Below, in pieces: positions 34,936 to 45,360 of a stretch of 64,000 nt of DNA. Made by a program: the position numbers and the translations under genes. This DNA is from Longimicrobiales bacterium (GTDB taxonomy: Bacteria > Gemmatimonadota > Gemmatimonadetes > Longimicrobiales > Gaopeijiaceae), in the NCBI GenBank assembly GCA_965206975.1, contig OZ242253.1, positions 692,306-756,305 on the forward strand. The letters run 5' to 3'. The notes under the pieces were generated by a model, which was given only the letters and a program-made list of their open reading frames with translations, was not told the origin of the DNA and made no database searches. Position 1 is the stretch's first letter; each line of letters begins with the position of its first letter.

Positions 34936-37215
34936 ATGATCGCGAACCCGCGCCACGCGCCAACTGCAATCCAGCGCGCGGGCCGCCACTCCGGCGGCGC
35001 CTTCTCCCGTGCCACCGTCCCAGTCCTCGGCCTCCTGGTCTTCCTCGGCGGCCTCGGGACGATACCACCTGCCTTGGCGCAGGAGAGTTGGGAGCTCTAC
35101 CAGGTCGGCGCCGTCCGCACGGTTGAGGCGCCCGACGTCGACGGGTTGCTCGACGACCCCGCGTGGGAGCGCGCATCCGTCATCACGGACTTCATCCAAC
35201 AGGAGCCGGACGAGGGCGCTCCGGCAACAGAGCGAACCGAGGTGCGCGTGCTCTACGACGGGGCGAGTCTCTACCTAGGTGTCCACGCCTTCGACTCGCA
35301 GCCGGGCGGGGTGCTCGCCACGGAGCTCAGGCGGGACGGGGACCGGATCCTCGAGGAGGACAACCTACAGATCATCATCGACACATTCATGGACCAGCGC
35401 TCAGCTTACATGTTCGTGGTGAGCCCTGCGGGGGCGCAGCTCGACCAACAGGTCGCGGACGAGGGCGGACGTGACCGGAGGGCGAGCGCCTCGGCCGTGA
35501 ATCGGGACTGGGACGGGGTGTGGTCCCTCGAGGCGAGGCGGACTCCAGATGGTTGGGTTGCGGAAATCGAGATCCCCATGGTCACGCTCCGGTTCCCGGA
35601 CGCGGATCCGCAGTCGTGGGGAATCAACCTCATGCGCAACATCAGCCGGAAGAACGAGCAGGCGTACTGGGCCCCCATTCCCAAGCCCTTCACCCTCACG
35701 CGGGTAAGCCTGGCGGGGAGCCTGACGGACCTCGGGACGCTCGACCGGGGACGGGACCTTCGGATCAAGCCCTTCGTTACGGGTGGGGGGCGGAGCACGC
35801 TCGAGAGCGGGATCTCGGACCGCACAGCGCAGAGCGACATCGGCCTCGACGTAAAGTACGGGATCACAGCAGGACTCAACCTTGACGTAACGGTAAACAC
35901 GGACTTCGCCCAGGCCGAAGTCGACAACGAACAGGTCAACCTGACGCGCTTCGCGCTCTTCTATCCGGAGAAGCGCGAGTTCTTCCTCGAGAACTCCGGC
36001 CAGTTCTCCGTGGGGAGCACGAACTCCACAGGACGGATCGCTGACCTCTTTTTCAGCCGCCGAATCGGAATCTCGGCCTCGAGGCAGCAGGTGCCGATCC
36101 TCGGAGGGGCAAGGCTCACGGGAAAGATCGGCCAGAACAACATCGCGATCATGGACCTCCAGACCGACGATGCCTTCGGGGAATCTGGAGAGAACTTCCT
36201 CGTCGCCCGCTACAGCCGCGACATGATGGAGCGCTCGAGGATCGGCGGGCTCGTGATCAATAAGCAGGCGAGCAGCGGGGGGCGCTACAACCGCACGTAC
36301 GCGGCGGACCTGATCTGGTCCCCAATCCCGGCCTTGACCGTGGACGCCTTCGTGGCGGGCACCGAGACGACAGGGATGTCGGAGGACCAGATGGCCGGGC
36401 ACATCCGGGCTGGGTGGCTCGACGAGTCGTGGCGTATCTACACCGAGCATACCGATCTCGGGAGTAACTTCAATCCCGAGGTCGGGTTCGTCCCCCGCGT
36501 CGGGATCAGGAGGAGCAAGTTTCACTTCGAGGGCAACCCCAGGCCGGAGCGCTGGGGGATCCGCATGATGGAGCCGATGTGGAACGTCGAGCACATCGCC
36601 GACCAGTCCGGCCGGCTCATGACTCGGCGCTATCACCACATGGTCGGAACGAGGTTCGACAGCGGCGCGTTCCTCAACCTCCGCTACGACCGCTGGTTCG
36701 AACGGCTCGACGAGCCCTTCCGGGTGGCGAACAATGTCACGATCGACGAGGGGAACTACAAGTTCTGGACGCTAGCCGTCAGCTTCAACAGCAACCCGTC
36801 CAGGCGGTTCTTCTACGGGTTCAACTACTCCCCGCAAACCTTCTACGATGGGGATCGCTTCGACTGGTCCGTGAACGGGGGCCTCCGGGTGACGAACCAG
36901 CTCGCGACCTCCGCGCGCTTCTCGCGAAACGACGCGGACCTCCCCGCCGGCTCTTTCGTCGCCGACATCGGGTCATTCCAGCTCGACTACGCGCTCTCCC
37001 CGAACATGTCGCTCCGGAGTATCTCGCAGTACAACTCCGCGACGGAGCAGTGGAGCACAAGCGCACGCCTCCGCTACATCTACAGGCCCGGCAGCGATAT
37101 CTACATCGTCTACGACGAGGTCCGCCGCGACGACGCGATTCGGGTCTCCCCCTGGGTGGAGGAGTTCCGCGACCGGCAGCTCATCATCAAGATGACCTAC
37201 CTCCTCTCGATGTAG
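34936..37215 (+). CDS. Secreted CBM9-like / DUF5916-family protein
   Basis: Signal peptide, then …VDGLLDDPAWERASVITDFIQQEPDEGAPATERTEVRVLYDGASLYLGVHAFD…, then a long beta-rich C-terminal region. Confidence 0.7.
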   Translation: MIANPRHAPTAIQRAGRHSGGAFSRATVPVLGLLVFLGGLGTIPPALAQESWELYQVGAVRTVEAPDVDGLLDDPAWERASVITDFIQQEPDEGAPATERTEVRVLYDGASLYLGVHAFDSQPGGVLATELRRDGDRILEEDNLQIIIDTFMDQRSAYMFVVSPAGAQLDQQVADEGGRDRRASASAVNRDWDGVWSLEARRTPDGWVAEIEIPMVTLRFPDADPQSWGINLMRNISRKNEQAYWAPIPKPFTLTRVSLAGSLTDLGTLDRGRDLRIKPFVTGGGRSTLESGISDRTAQSDIGLDVKYGITAGLNLDVTVNTDFAQAEVDNEQVNLTRFALFYPEKREFFLENSGQFSVGSTNSTGRIADLFFSRRIGISASRQQVPILGGARLTGKIGQNNIAIMDLQTDDAFGESGENFLVARYSRDMMERSRIGGLVINKQASSGGRYNRTYAADLIWSPIPALTVDAFVAGTETTGMSEDQMAGHIRAGWLDESWRIYTEHTDLGSNFNPEVGFVPRVGIRRSKFHFEGNPRPERWGIRMMEPMWNVEHIADQSGRLMTRRYHHMVGTRFDSGAFLNLRYDRWFERLDEPFRVANNVTIDEGNYKFWTLAVSFNSNPSRRFFYGFNYSPQTFYDGDRFDWSVNGGLRVTNQLATSARFSRNDADLPAGSFVADIGSFQLDYALSPNMSLRSISQYNSATEQWSTSARLRYIYRPGSDIYIVYDEVRRDDAIRVSPWVEEFRDRQLIIKMTYLLSM

Positions 37216-37251
37216 CGCCGCGTCCCGCTCGCCCGGGAATCCGGGATCGCG

Positions 37252-38130
37252 GTGGCGATGCGGCGACCCCGCCAGCCCCCTGGCGACCGGATCGCTCGAT
37301 ACTACGACAGGAACACTGCCCGCTTCCTCCTCGTTGGAGGGAGTGGGCGGAGCCACGCCCTTCACCGTCAACTCTGGGGGGAAGGAGTCACTTCGACGGA
37401 AGGGGCATCGAGCTACATCCATCGCCTCATCGAGGGAGTCGTGAGGGAGGGGCACCGGACCGACGCGCCGGTGATCCTCGATATGGGGTGCGGGGTGGGA
37501 GGCACCCTCTTCCACCTTGCGGAGGCCTTCCCGCAGGGACGGGTCGTGGGCATCACGATCAGCCCGAAGCAGCACGGCGTTGCCGAGCGACTGGCGACGA
37601 GCAGGAAGCTCGGCGAACGGTGTCGCTTCGTGCTGGGCGACTTCGAGAGCACAGAGACCGGTGCGATCGCGGACGTAGTGGTCGCGATCGAATCCTTCGC
37701 CCACAGCAAGTCAGCCCCCGACTTCTTCGCAGCGGCCACCCTTCAGCTGGCCGCAGACGGCATTCTCCTAATCGCCGACGACTTTCTGGCGGAAGACGTG
37801 GGGGAACTCGACGCTCCGGCACAGTGGCAAGTGGAGGACCTTCGAGCCGGGTGGGGCCTGCCGGCCCTCGGCACGGTCGGCGCGTGCGCCCGAATCGCAG
37901 AGGAGCGAGGCCTCTATCTCGACGGGAATACCGACCTTACCGGGCTCATCCGCCTAGGGAGGCCGAGGGACCGGGCCATCGCTCTCCTTTGCCCACTCAT
38001 CCGGAGGCTCGGATTGCACGATGTCCCCTTCTTCGGAAACATGATCGGGGGGAACGCGCTTCAGAACGGACTCCGGGACGGATTGCTCACGTACCGGCTC
38101 CTTCGCTTCCGACGAGGAGCGCGGACATGA
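37252..38130 (+). CDS. Class I SAM-dependent methyltransferase
   Basis: …VILDMGCGVGGTLFHLAE… (motif I), …VVGITISPKQ…. Confidence 0.8.
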   Translation: MAMRRPRQPPGDRIARYYDRNTARFLLVGGSGRSHALHRQLWGEGVTSTEGASSYIHRLIEGVVREGHRTDAPVILDMGCGVGGTLFHLAEAFPQGRVVGITISPKQHGVAERLATSRKLGERCRFVLGDFESTETGAIADVVVAIESFAHSKSAPDFFAAATLQLAADGILLIADDFLAEDVGELDAPAQWQVEDLRAGWGLPALGTVGACARIAEERGLYLDGNTDLTGLIRLGRPRDRAIALLCPLIRRLGLHDVPFFGNMIGGNALQNGLRDGLLTYRLLRFRRGART

Positions 38131-38386
38131 GGAGGCGGACCCAGCCTCTCCGCACGCACATGGGCGCCCGTGTTCGTGGGTGGGCTCGACAGCCCGATCC
38201 GGCCGGACGCTGTAGCGACCCGTGCCCGCTCCCTCGGGACGTGTCGTGAAGGTCGCCAGCCGCCGAGGCGCCGCGTGGTGCGGGGGCTCACAGCGGGCCG
38301 CTTCCGCCACAACTGCCCTCTTCGCACGGTCATCGGCGGGAGACGTTCCCCCGCCAGTTCGGATCCGGCGAACGAGAGTCTCGGCA

Positions 38387-41300
38387 TTACCCCGCAGCCC
38401 CGCTCTCCTCCGGGGGGACGACACCGCGCCGCATCGTATTCTCGGTAATCACCCGGGCCACCATGAACTCCCGCACGTAATCGGAGCCGCCCGCCTTGCT
38501 CCCCGTACCGGAGCGGCGGAAGCCGCCGAAGGGCTGGCGGTGGACCATCGCACCGGTGATCGGGCGGTTCAAATAGAGGTTTCCCACACGGTAGGCTTCA
38601 CCTGCCCACCGGATATTCCTGGGATTCCGCGAGTAGAGACCCCCCGTGAGGGCGAACTCCGAGTCGAGTGCGATCTCGAGGGCCTCCTCGAACGAATGGC
38701 TTCGGAATACGACGAGGAGAGGGCCAAACACCTCCTCGCGGGCGAGCCTCGAGCCTCGATGCACGTCCTCGAAGGCGTGGGGGACCACATAGTGGCCCTC
38801 CCCTCGAGGGAGGCGTCCCTTTGCCAGGATGCGCCCCTCGGCATACCCGAGCGCGATATACCCCTCGATGCGTTCCCGCGCCTCCCGGGAGATGACGGGC
38901 GGGACAACCGTATACGGATCGTCGGGCGGGCCCACCGGAAGACTCAGGACGGCGTGCCGGAGACGTTCCCGAAACTCCCCGTATGCGCTTCCAACCACGA
39001 TGACGCGGCTCGCCGCACTGCACTTCTGTCCCGCGTACCCGAAGGCTGAATGCACCACGCCGTCCACGGCGAGATCCAGATCCGCATCCTCGTCGACGAT
39101 GATCGCATTCTTCCCACCGAGCTCGGCGATGAGCTTCTTCGGCCCGCGCTGGCCCTGCCGGACTTCCGCGGCCGCTCTCGCGATCGCGAACCCCGTCTCC
39201 GTCCCCCCCGTAAAGGCGATCATGTCGATCTCGGGGTGCTCGACGATCCGCCGCCCGGTCTCGGGGCCCAAGCCGGGGAGGCAATGGAAAACGCCCGTCG
39301 GAACGCCGGCCTTGTCGAGTATCGAAGCGAGACGGCTCGCGATGATCGGCGACTCCTCCGCGGGCTTGAGCAGAACGGCGTTCCCGGCTGCGAGCGCCGC
39401 GCCTGTCATCCCGCCGATGATGGCAAGAGGAAAGTTCCACGGTCCGATCACGGCAACGACGCCTCGCGCCTCGAGAAGCAAGCGATTCGTCTCCCCTGGG
39501 ACCGTCGTGAGGTCCCTCTCTTCCCCAAGGCGTTCCGCCTCGCCCGCGTAGAAGCGGAGGAAGTCGATTGCCTCCGTCACGTCACCGTCCGCCTCCCGCC
39601 ACGGCTTTGCGCTCTCGAAGACCATCGTGGCCGCGAGATCCAGGCGCGCGTCGCCGATCAGCTCCGCCGCCCTCCTGAGTACGCGCGCCCGCTCCCAGGG
39701 CGACGTGTCCCGCCAGCGGGGGAACGCTCTCGCTCCGGCGGAAACGGCGGCGTCCACCTCCTCTCTCCCTGCGCTGGCGACGCGCCCCATCACCCTCAAG
39801 GGCTCGCCCGGAGGATGGACCTCGAGCGAGCCCGCCGGCGCGGGATCCTTCCTCCCGTCGATGAAGAGCGGGTAGCTCTGTCCGAAGGCCGCCCGCGCCT
39901 GGCGGATCGCCCCCTCCATCTCCCGCCGGACCTCCGCCCGGTAGAACTCGAGCGCGGGGTGGTTTCGAAACGCTCCCGCAGGCGCCGGATCCGGAGCCTC
40001 CGAGGGATCCGGCCGCTCGAGCGACTCCTCCGGCGGCGTCGCCTCATGCTTCTGGACGAGCCAGGACTCGTTCGAAGTGTTCTCGAGGAGCCGCCGGACG
40101 AGGTAGCCCATCCCGGGGATGATCTCCCCGGCCGGTACGTAGACCCGAGTCCGGTATCCCATCCCGGCCACCGCACGCCGAAGGCCCTTCGCCATCCCAT
40201 GGAGGACCTGGAATTCGACGTCCTCCCTCGGAACCCCCGCGCGCTCCGAGCGGATCATCGCCTGCGCGATGCTCCGCGGATTATGCGTCGCGAAGGCCGG
40301 TTTCAAGTGGGGATAGGCGGCGACGAGGGCCTCGGAACACCGTTCGAAGTTGAGGTCCGTAGCCGCCTTCTCCCGGAACACGGGGACCGGATGGCCATTC
40401 TGACGGGCGACGACGACCTCCTCGTCGAAGTAGGCGCCCTTCACGAGCCGGATCGTGAGCGGGGCCTTGCGCTCCCGGGCGAGTTCCTTCAGCCGCTCGA
40501 CCTCCTCGAGGGAATCGCGCAGGTACGCCTGGATGACGATCCCGAAGTCGGGCCCGTCCCGGATCCCCTCCTCCCGGAGGAGGCGGGCGAAGACACCGGT
40601 CGTCAGATCCTTGTACCGGTACTGCTCCACGTCGATGTTCACAAACGCACCGACCTCTCGCGCCGACTTCGCCACGGCGAGTAGGCGCCCCCGGAGGCTC
40701 TCGTAAGTCCGGGCGGGAGCGGCCGGCTCGAAGTGGGGGGTGAGCGCCGAGAGCTTGACAGAGAGGTTCGGCCTGCGGACCTCCGCCGGACCCTTCCACC
40801 CGGACGCACCCTGAAGCGTCTCGAGGACGTCGAGGTACCGGTCCCGGTACCCGTCGGCCTCCGCATCCGACAGGGTGGCCTCTCCGAGGAGATCGATCGT
40901 GTAGGCGATTCCCTCGCTCACGAGACTGCGGAGGCGCGGGAGCACCTCGTCCGGGGTCCCGCCCACGATGAAGCGTTCGGCCATCGCGAAGACGCCCTCC
41001 CGGACCACCCGGGAGAGGACGGGCCGAAAGGGGCGGCGCTCGCCCACCGCCGAGCCGAGCCGCACGGCGCCGGAAGCCTCCGTCCGGAAGTACTGCCGGA
41101 CGTGGTCGGCAACCGCCCGGTTCGAGCGGAGGGAGGGGAGCACGTCCACGAAGTGGAGCAGCTTTACCCGAAAGTCGGGGTCGCGGGTGGCCCAATCCAT
41201 GAGCCGCTCCTGCCACCACGCCGGGCTCATGGCAATGAGTGGCTCCGGATCGATTCCCGCGAGGAGCTCTCGCCCGCGCTCGCGGATTGCGGGCTCAAGC

Positions 41301-41392
41301 CTATCGGCGGCCGAACGGAAGGATTCGAGACTCACGCGAGAACGGTAGGGGATTCTCCGGGGGATGCAATGAGGACCGCCTCGGCTTGGCAC
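38387..41392 (-). CDS. putA: Bifunctional proline dehydrogenase / L-glutamate gamma-semialdehyde dehydrogenase
   Basis: About 1000-aa ORF with an N-terminal PRODH region and a C-terminal ALDH domain (…FTGGTETG…AELGGKNAIIVDEDADLD…GQKCSAASR…). An alternative GTG start lies at 41335. Confidence 0.9.
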   Translation of the reverse strand: MPSRGGPHCIPRRIPYRSRVSLESFRSAADRLEPAIRERGRELLAGIDPEPLIAMSPAWWQERLMDWATRDPDFRVKLLHFVDVLPSLRSNRAVADHVRQYFRTEASGAVRLGSAVGERRPFRPVLSRVVREGVFAMAERFIVGGTPDEVLPRLRSLVSEGIAYTIDLLGEATLSDAEADGYRDRYLDVLETLQGASGWKGPAEVRRPNLSVKLSALTPHFEPAAPARTYESLRGRLLAVAKSAREVGAFVNIDVEQYRYKDLTTGVFARLLREEGIRDGPDFGIVIQAYLRDSLEEVERLKELARERKAPLTIRLVKGAYFDEEVVVARQNGHPVPVFREKAATDLNFERCSEALVAAYPHLKPAFATHNPRSIAQAMIRSERAGVPREDVEFQVLHGMAKGLRRAVAGMGYRTRVYVPAGEIIPGMGYLVRRLLENTSNESWLVQKHEATPPEESLERPDPSEAPDPAPAGAFRNHPALEFYRAEVRREMEGAIRQARAAFGQSYPLFIDGRKDPAPAGSLEVHPPGEPLRVMGRVASAGREEVDAAVSAGARAFPRWRDTSPWERARVLRRAAELIGDARLDLAATMVFESAKPWREADGDVTEAIDFLRFYAGEAERLGEERDLTTVPGETNRLLLEARGVVAVIGPWNFPLAIIGGMTGAALAAGNAVLLKPAEESPIIASRLASILDKAGVPTGVFHCLPGLGPETGRRIVEHPEIDMIAFTGGTETGFAIARAAAEVRQGQRGPKKLIAELGGKNAIIVDEDADLDLAVDGVVHSAFGYAGQKCSAASRVIVVGSAYGEFRERLRHAVLSLPVGPPDDPYTVVPPVISREARERIEGYIALGYAEGRILAKGRLPRGEGHYVVPHAFEDVHRGSRLAREEVFGPLLVVFRSHSFEEALEIALDSEFALTGGLYSRNPRNIRWAGEAYRVGNLYLNRPITGAMVHRQPFGGFRRSGTGSKAGGSDYVREFMVARVITENTMRRGVVPPEESGAAG

Positions 41393-41419
41393 GCTCTCCG
41401 CTGGTTCATCGCCGCAGCC

Positions 41420-42244
41420 TCACCCGGGAACGACGGCCACGATCCTGAGGGGGCCACCGCTTCCCCCCTCGATCTTCATCGGAAGCGCGACGACGAAGCT
41501 TCCCGTCGGGGGAAGCGACTCGAGGTTCGCGAGGTTCTCGAAACCGACGATGTCCTCGGAATACAGAATCACGTGGGAACGGAAGTCGGCAGACTGTCCG
41601 TAGTCGATACTCGGGGTGTCAATCCCGACGGAGACGACCTCGCGGTTCTCGACGAGCCAGCGGGCCGCCTCAGGATCAAGCCCGGGGAAGTGGAGCTCGG
41701 CGACGGCCTCTGGGCCCGTACGCTCCGTCCCCAGGTACCGGGCACGGTCGCTCCACCTCGTGCTCCACCCCGTTCGAATCAGGAGAATCGCCCGGCGCGG
41801 GAGTTCGCCGTGCTCCGCCTCCCACACGGTCAGGTCCTCGACGGTGACCTGATAGTCCTCGTCCGCCCTGTCGGAAACATCCAGAACGGCGGCCGCCCCG
41901 ATCAGGCTCGACAGCGGAATCTCGTCGTTCGTCCACCTGCCCTCGGCGAAGTGGATCGGCGCGTCCAAGTGCGTGCCGCCGTGCTCCGCCGACTGGAAGT
42001 CGTAGGAGGCGTAGAACCATCCGCCCTCCGTGAGGCCAAAGGCCTGCTCGTTGAGCACAAAGCCCGTCGTGTCCGTGGGCCAGTAGATCGTCGACGCCGA
42101 GAACGGGTGCGTGAGGTCGACCCACCGACCCCCGGTCCCGTCGAAGATGGCGGCGAAGTCCGGCCCGGCAGGCTCGCACCCGGGGAGGAACTGTGCCATC
42201 ACGACCGAGCAGACGAGCGGGAGGCGGAGACGGGTTCGCGTCAT
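41420..42244 (-). CDS. Cyclase-family protein (kynurenine formamidase-like), lipoprotein signal
   Basis: From ATG 42244: MTRTRLRLPLVCSVVMAQFLPGCE…; motif …AEHGGTHLDAPIHF…. Confidence 0.8.
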   Translation of the reverse strand: MTRTRLRLPLVCSVVMAQFLPGCEPAGPDFAAIFDGTGGRWVDLTHPFSASTIYWPTDTTGFVLNEQAFGLTEGGWFYASYDFQSAEHGGTHLDAPIHFAEGRWTNDEIPLSSLIGAAAVLDVSDRADEDYQVTVEDLTVWEAEHGELPRRAILLIRTGWSTRWSDRARYLGTERTGPEAVAELHFPGLDPEAARWLVENREVVSVGIDTPSIDYGQSADFRSHVILYSEDIVGFENLANLESLPPTGSFVVALPMKIEGGSGGPLRIVAVVPG

Positions 42245-42680
42245 CGTGACTCCTGACCGTTCGGGGTTCGTGGAGGTCGAGTCCGGGTCGCCGGTCGCCC
42301 TCGCCACCTCGTGGACTCTCCGGCACCCGGGCCCCGGTCCTGGGATCACAGCGGTCACGCAAGGCAGGGACCGGTGAGGCCCTGACACCGGAAGTTGCGG
42401 CCTTCACGCCTCGCTGGCGAGGGCGCCGTTCGTGTAGCCTCGCCTCGAGAGGCCAGAGCGCCGAGTCCGAGCCAACGGACGCCCCGCTCCAGCCGGTACG
42501 CTCGCCTCCGCGGGCGCCGAACACGAACCGAACGGGTGATGTGCTACCAGGCCGGACAGCCTCACTTGCTCCCTGCACGCGGCCCGCCTCTCTCGCGGGA
42601 CCGCGCCCCGCGCGCCACATTCCGAGTGTCCAAGACGGCGACGCCCCCGCTCCAACCCTCGACTTCCCCGTAACCTACGC

Positions 42681-43769
42681 GTGTCTGATCACCCGGCCAT
42701 GGCCCCGCCGACTCCCGATCCCTTCGAGTCGGAGCGGTTCCAGGCTCTGATCGAGACCCCGCGGGTTTCGCACGCGGAGGGCCGGATCCTCGGCCACTCG
42801 CGGGAAGGACGGCCGGTCTGCGGCTTTCGGTTCGGGAAGGGCCGGGAGGCCGTGAGCCTCCTCGGCGGGTGCCACGCGGACGAACCGGTCGGCCCGCGCC
42901 TCCTTCGGCACCTCGCTGCGTACCTCCGCCACCTCCCCCCAGGCGATCCTTGGATCCGAAGCTACGAATGGTGGATCGTCCCCCACATCAACCCCGACGG
43001 CGAGCAGCGAAACGCCGGGTGGGCGGATGATGATGCGGAGAAGTACGACCTCGGCCGGTACCTAAGAGACGCGCGGAGAGAGCCGCCCGGGGAAGACATC
43101 GAGTTCGGGTTTCCCCGGGGGACCGACGACGATAGCGCCCGGCCGGAGAACCGTGCCGTCTACGAGTGGTGGAGAACGTGCGGGCGACCCTTCGCGCTCC
43201 ACGCCTCCCTCCACGGCACCGCCTTTGCCGCCGGCCCCTGGTTTCTCGTCGAGCCCGCGTGGCGGGACCGTTACGCGCCCCTCCGGGACCGGTGCGTCGA
43301 TGCCGTGAGCCGTCTCGGCTATACGCTCCACGACGTGGAACGCCAGGGAGAGAAGGGCTTCGTCCGCCTCGAGCGGGGCTTCTCCACGCGGCCGGACTCC
43401 GTCTCGATGCGCGAGTACTTCATAGCCCTCGGGGACACGCGGACCGCTTCGCTCTTCCGGCCGAGCTCGATGGAAACGATGCGCTCGCTCGGCGGTGATC
43501 CGCTCACCCTCGTATCCGAGATGCCGCTCTTCATCACACCCGGAGTGGGCGAAGTGCTCGGACCGCCGGACCCCGTCCTCCTCGCGTGGAGGGAACGGCT
43601 CGCCCGGTGGAAGGCCCGGGTGCACGGGGGCGAGGACCCATCGGCAATCGGCGAACGCGCCGAAGCCGACCGCCTCGCCGCCATGTCCGTCGTGGACCAG
43701 ATGCGCCTTCAATGGACGCTCGTTCGGGCGGGCCAGGCCCTCGCCTGCGGCGGGGAGCTCAGTGTGTAA
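42681..43769 (+). CDS. M14-family zinc carboxypeptidase-like protein
   Basis: …LLGGCHADEPVGPRLL… (HxxE zinc motif), …WWIVPHINPDGE… Start is either GTG 42681 or ATG 42699. Confidence 0.75.
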   Translation: MSDHPAMAPPTPDPFESERFQALIETPRVSHAEGRILGHSREGRPVCGFRFGKGREAVSLLGGCHADEPVGPRLLRHLAAYLRHLPPGDPWIRSYEWWIVPHINPDGEQRNAGWADDDAEKYDLGRYLRDARREPPGEDIEFGFPRGTDDDSARPENRAVYEWWRTCGRPFALHASLHGTAFAAGPWFLVEPAWRDRYAPLRDRCVDAVSRLGYTLHDVERQGEKGFVRLERGFSTRPDSVSMREYFIALGDTRTASLFRPSSMETMRSLGGDPLTLVSEMPLFITPGVGEVLGPPDPVLLAWRERLARWKARVHGGEDPSAIGERAEADRLAAMSVVDQMRLQWTLVRAGQALACGGELSV

Positions 43770-43790
43770 GCATCGCGCTCCCCACCGCGC

Positions 43791-45112
43791 TTACGAGGCC
43801 CAGGAGAAGTCGGTGATCCCCCCCTCCCTCAACCTTCCCGGCGTGACGGCGTGGGACGGGAGTAAGCGAGGGGAGGGGGTGCCCCACCCGCTCCCCTCCC
43901 TCTGCACCCGACGCCCGGCGGCAGCCCCGCTACATCGGGCCGGCGGGCGCAGTTCAGTATTCGTGAACTTCTGGGCGCGAGCCCCCACATTCAACGCGGC
44001 CGTATAGAGGTTGCCGTCTGGGTCCGAGACCATGTCGTGCAGGACGTAGAACTCCCCGGGCCGGTCCCCGACACGCCCGAAACGGCTGAGAGGCCGCAGC
44101 GACTCCCTTTCGAGCACGATGACCTGCTGGTTGCTTCGCTCCGCGACGAAGAGGTAGCGCTGCTCGGGATCGGGCGAGAACGCCGTCCGGCTCACCGGCT
44201 GGTGTGCGGTCGCCACGTTCTCGATCAGCTCGGCGACGGGCCGGCCGTGCGCCGTCTCGCCCACGCACTCCGCGGTCGCCCCCGGATCCGGCTCCGTGCG
44301 ACCCATCATGAGCTGCGTGACGTATTCGCCCTCGATGGAGAAGACCTACAGGCGCATCCCGGCCCTTTCGGAGACGTAGACCTGTCCGTCATTCGAGACC
44401 CTGACGCCGTGGACGAGGTCGAAGTGCTCGGGGCTCGACCCATCCGGCACCTCCCCTTCCACGCGGTCGGTCGGCGGATTCCCGAACGCGTCCCACAACT
44501 CCCCGGTCTCCGCATCGAAGACGATCACTCGCCAATTCCCGTAACCGTCCGCGACGAAGAACTCATTCGTCGGAGGATACACGTAGACGTCGGCCGGCCG
44601 ATTCACGTTCCCGGTGTCCGTGTTCCCTCCGCTCTGGTTCGCGCGGCCGATCTGCATCACGAACTCGCCTTCCGTGGTGAACTTCAGGAGCTGATCGTCC
44701 CCCTGCCCGCTTCCGGTGATCCAGACGAACCCGTCGTGATCCACGAAAATCCCGTGCTCCGTACCCGGCCACTCGTAGCCGTCGCCCTCCCCTTCCCACC
44801 CCTGAATGAAGTTGCCCTCCGTATCGAACACCATCACGGGAGGGGCCGCGCGGTCCGCCAGCTCCTCCGGGACGGTCCGCGGACGGTGCAACACCCAGAT
44901 GTTGTTGTCCGCGTCGATGGAGAGCCCGAGGTGATACCGAACACCCAGTCGTTCGGAATCATGGGCCAGATGGGGCCCACCTCGAACGTCGGCGCGATCA
45001 TCGCGGCAGCGGTCCCGACCGCGTCCGGTCCGGACCCGTTCCCCACGTCCCCGCATCCGGAAAACGTGGCGGCAACGGCGAAGATGGCGAAGAAGCGTCG
45101 AAATCTCGGCAC
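43791..45112 (-). pseudogene. NHL-repeat beta-propeller lipoprotein, disrupted by one frameshift (about 44923-44927) and one in-frame TAG (44346-44348)
   Basis: GTG 45112 (GGAG upstream) gives VPRFRRFFAIFAVAATFSGCGDVG…IPNDWVFGITSG. After a frame change it continues LSIDADNNIWVLHRPR…FVADGYGNWRVIVFD…VSERAGMRL. Then comes TAG, and the same frame continues VFSIEGEYVTQL…QRYLFVAERSNQQVIVLE…. Confidence 0.75.
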
Positions 45113-45360
45113 CTGATCTCCTCGGTACTTGGGGGTCGGCGGGGGGGTCGGGACACCGCGTAGTAGACGCCTCGCGAAGAGGAGGCCATAGCCGAAGCGG
45201 AGGGAACCCGCGCCCACGCCGGGGGGGCAGGCGTGAAGCGCCTGCCTCTCGGGGAGATGCGGGGTGGAACGATCACGGTCCCCCGACAGTTACAGTGCAG
45301 GGTATTGCCCGGAGTCGCGGAGCGCGCTCCGGGCGGAGTCCCCGGCCGAGGAGCCGGACG

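Noticed and set aside
44346-44348. In-frame TAG as pyrrolysine or readthrough recoding
   Set aside because: TAG terminates rpoB, rpoC, pyrF and the amidase in this same window. No pyl genes were seen. The same gene also carries a frameshift. A nonsense mutation is the simplest explanation.
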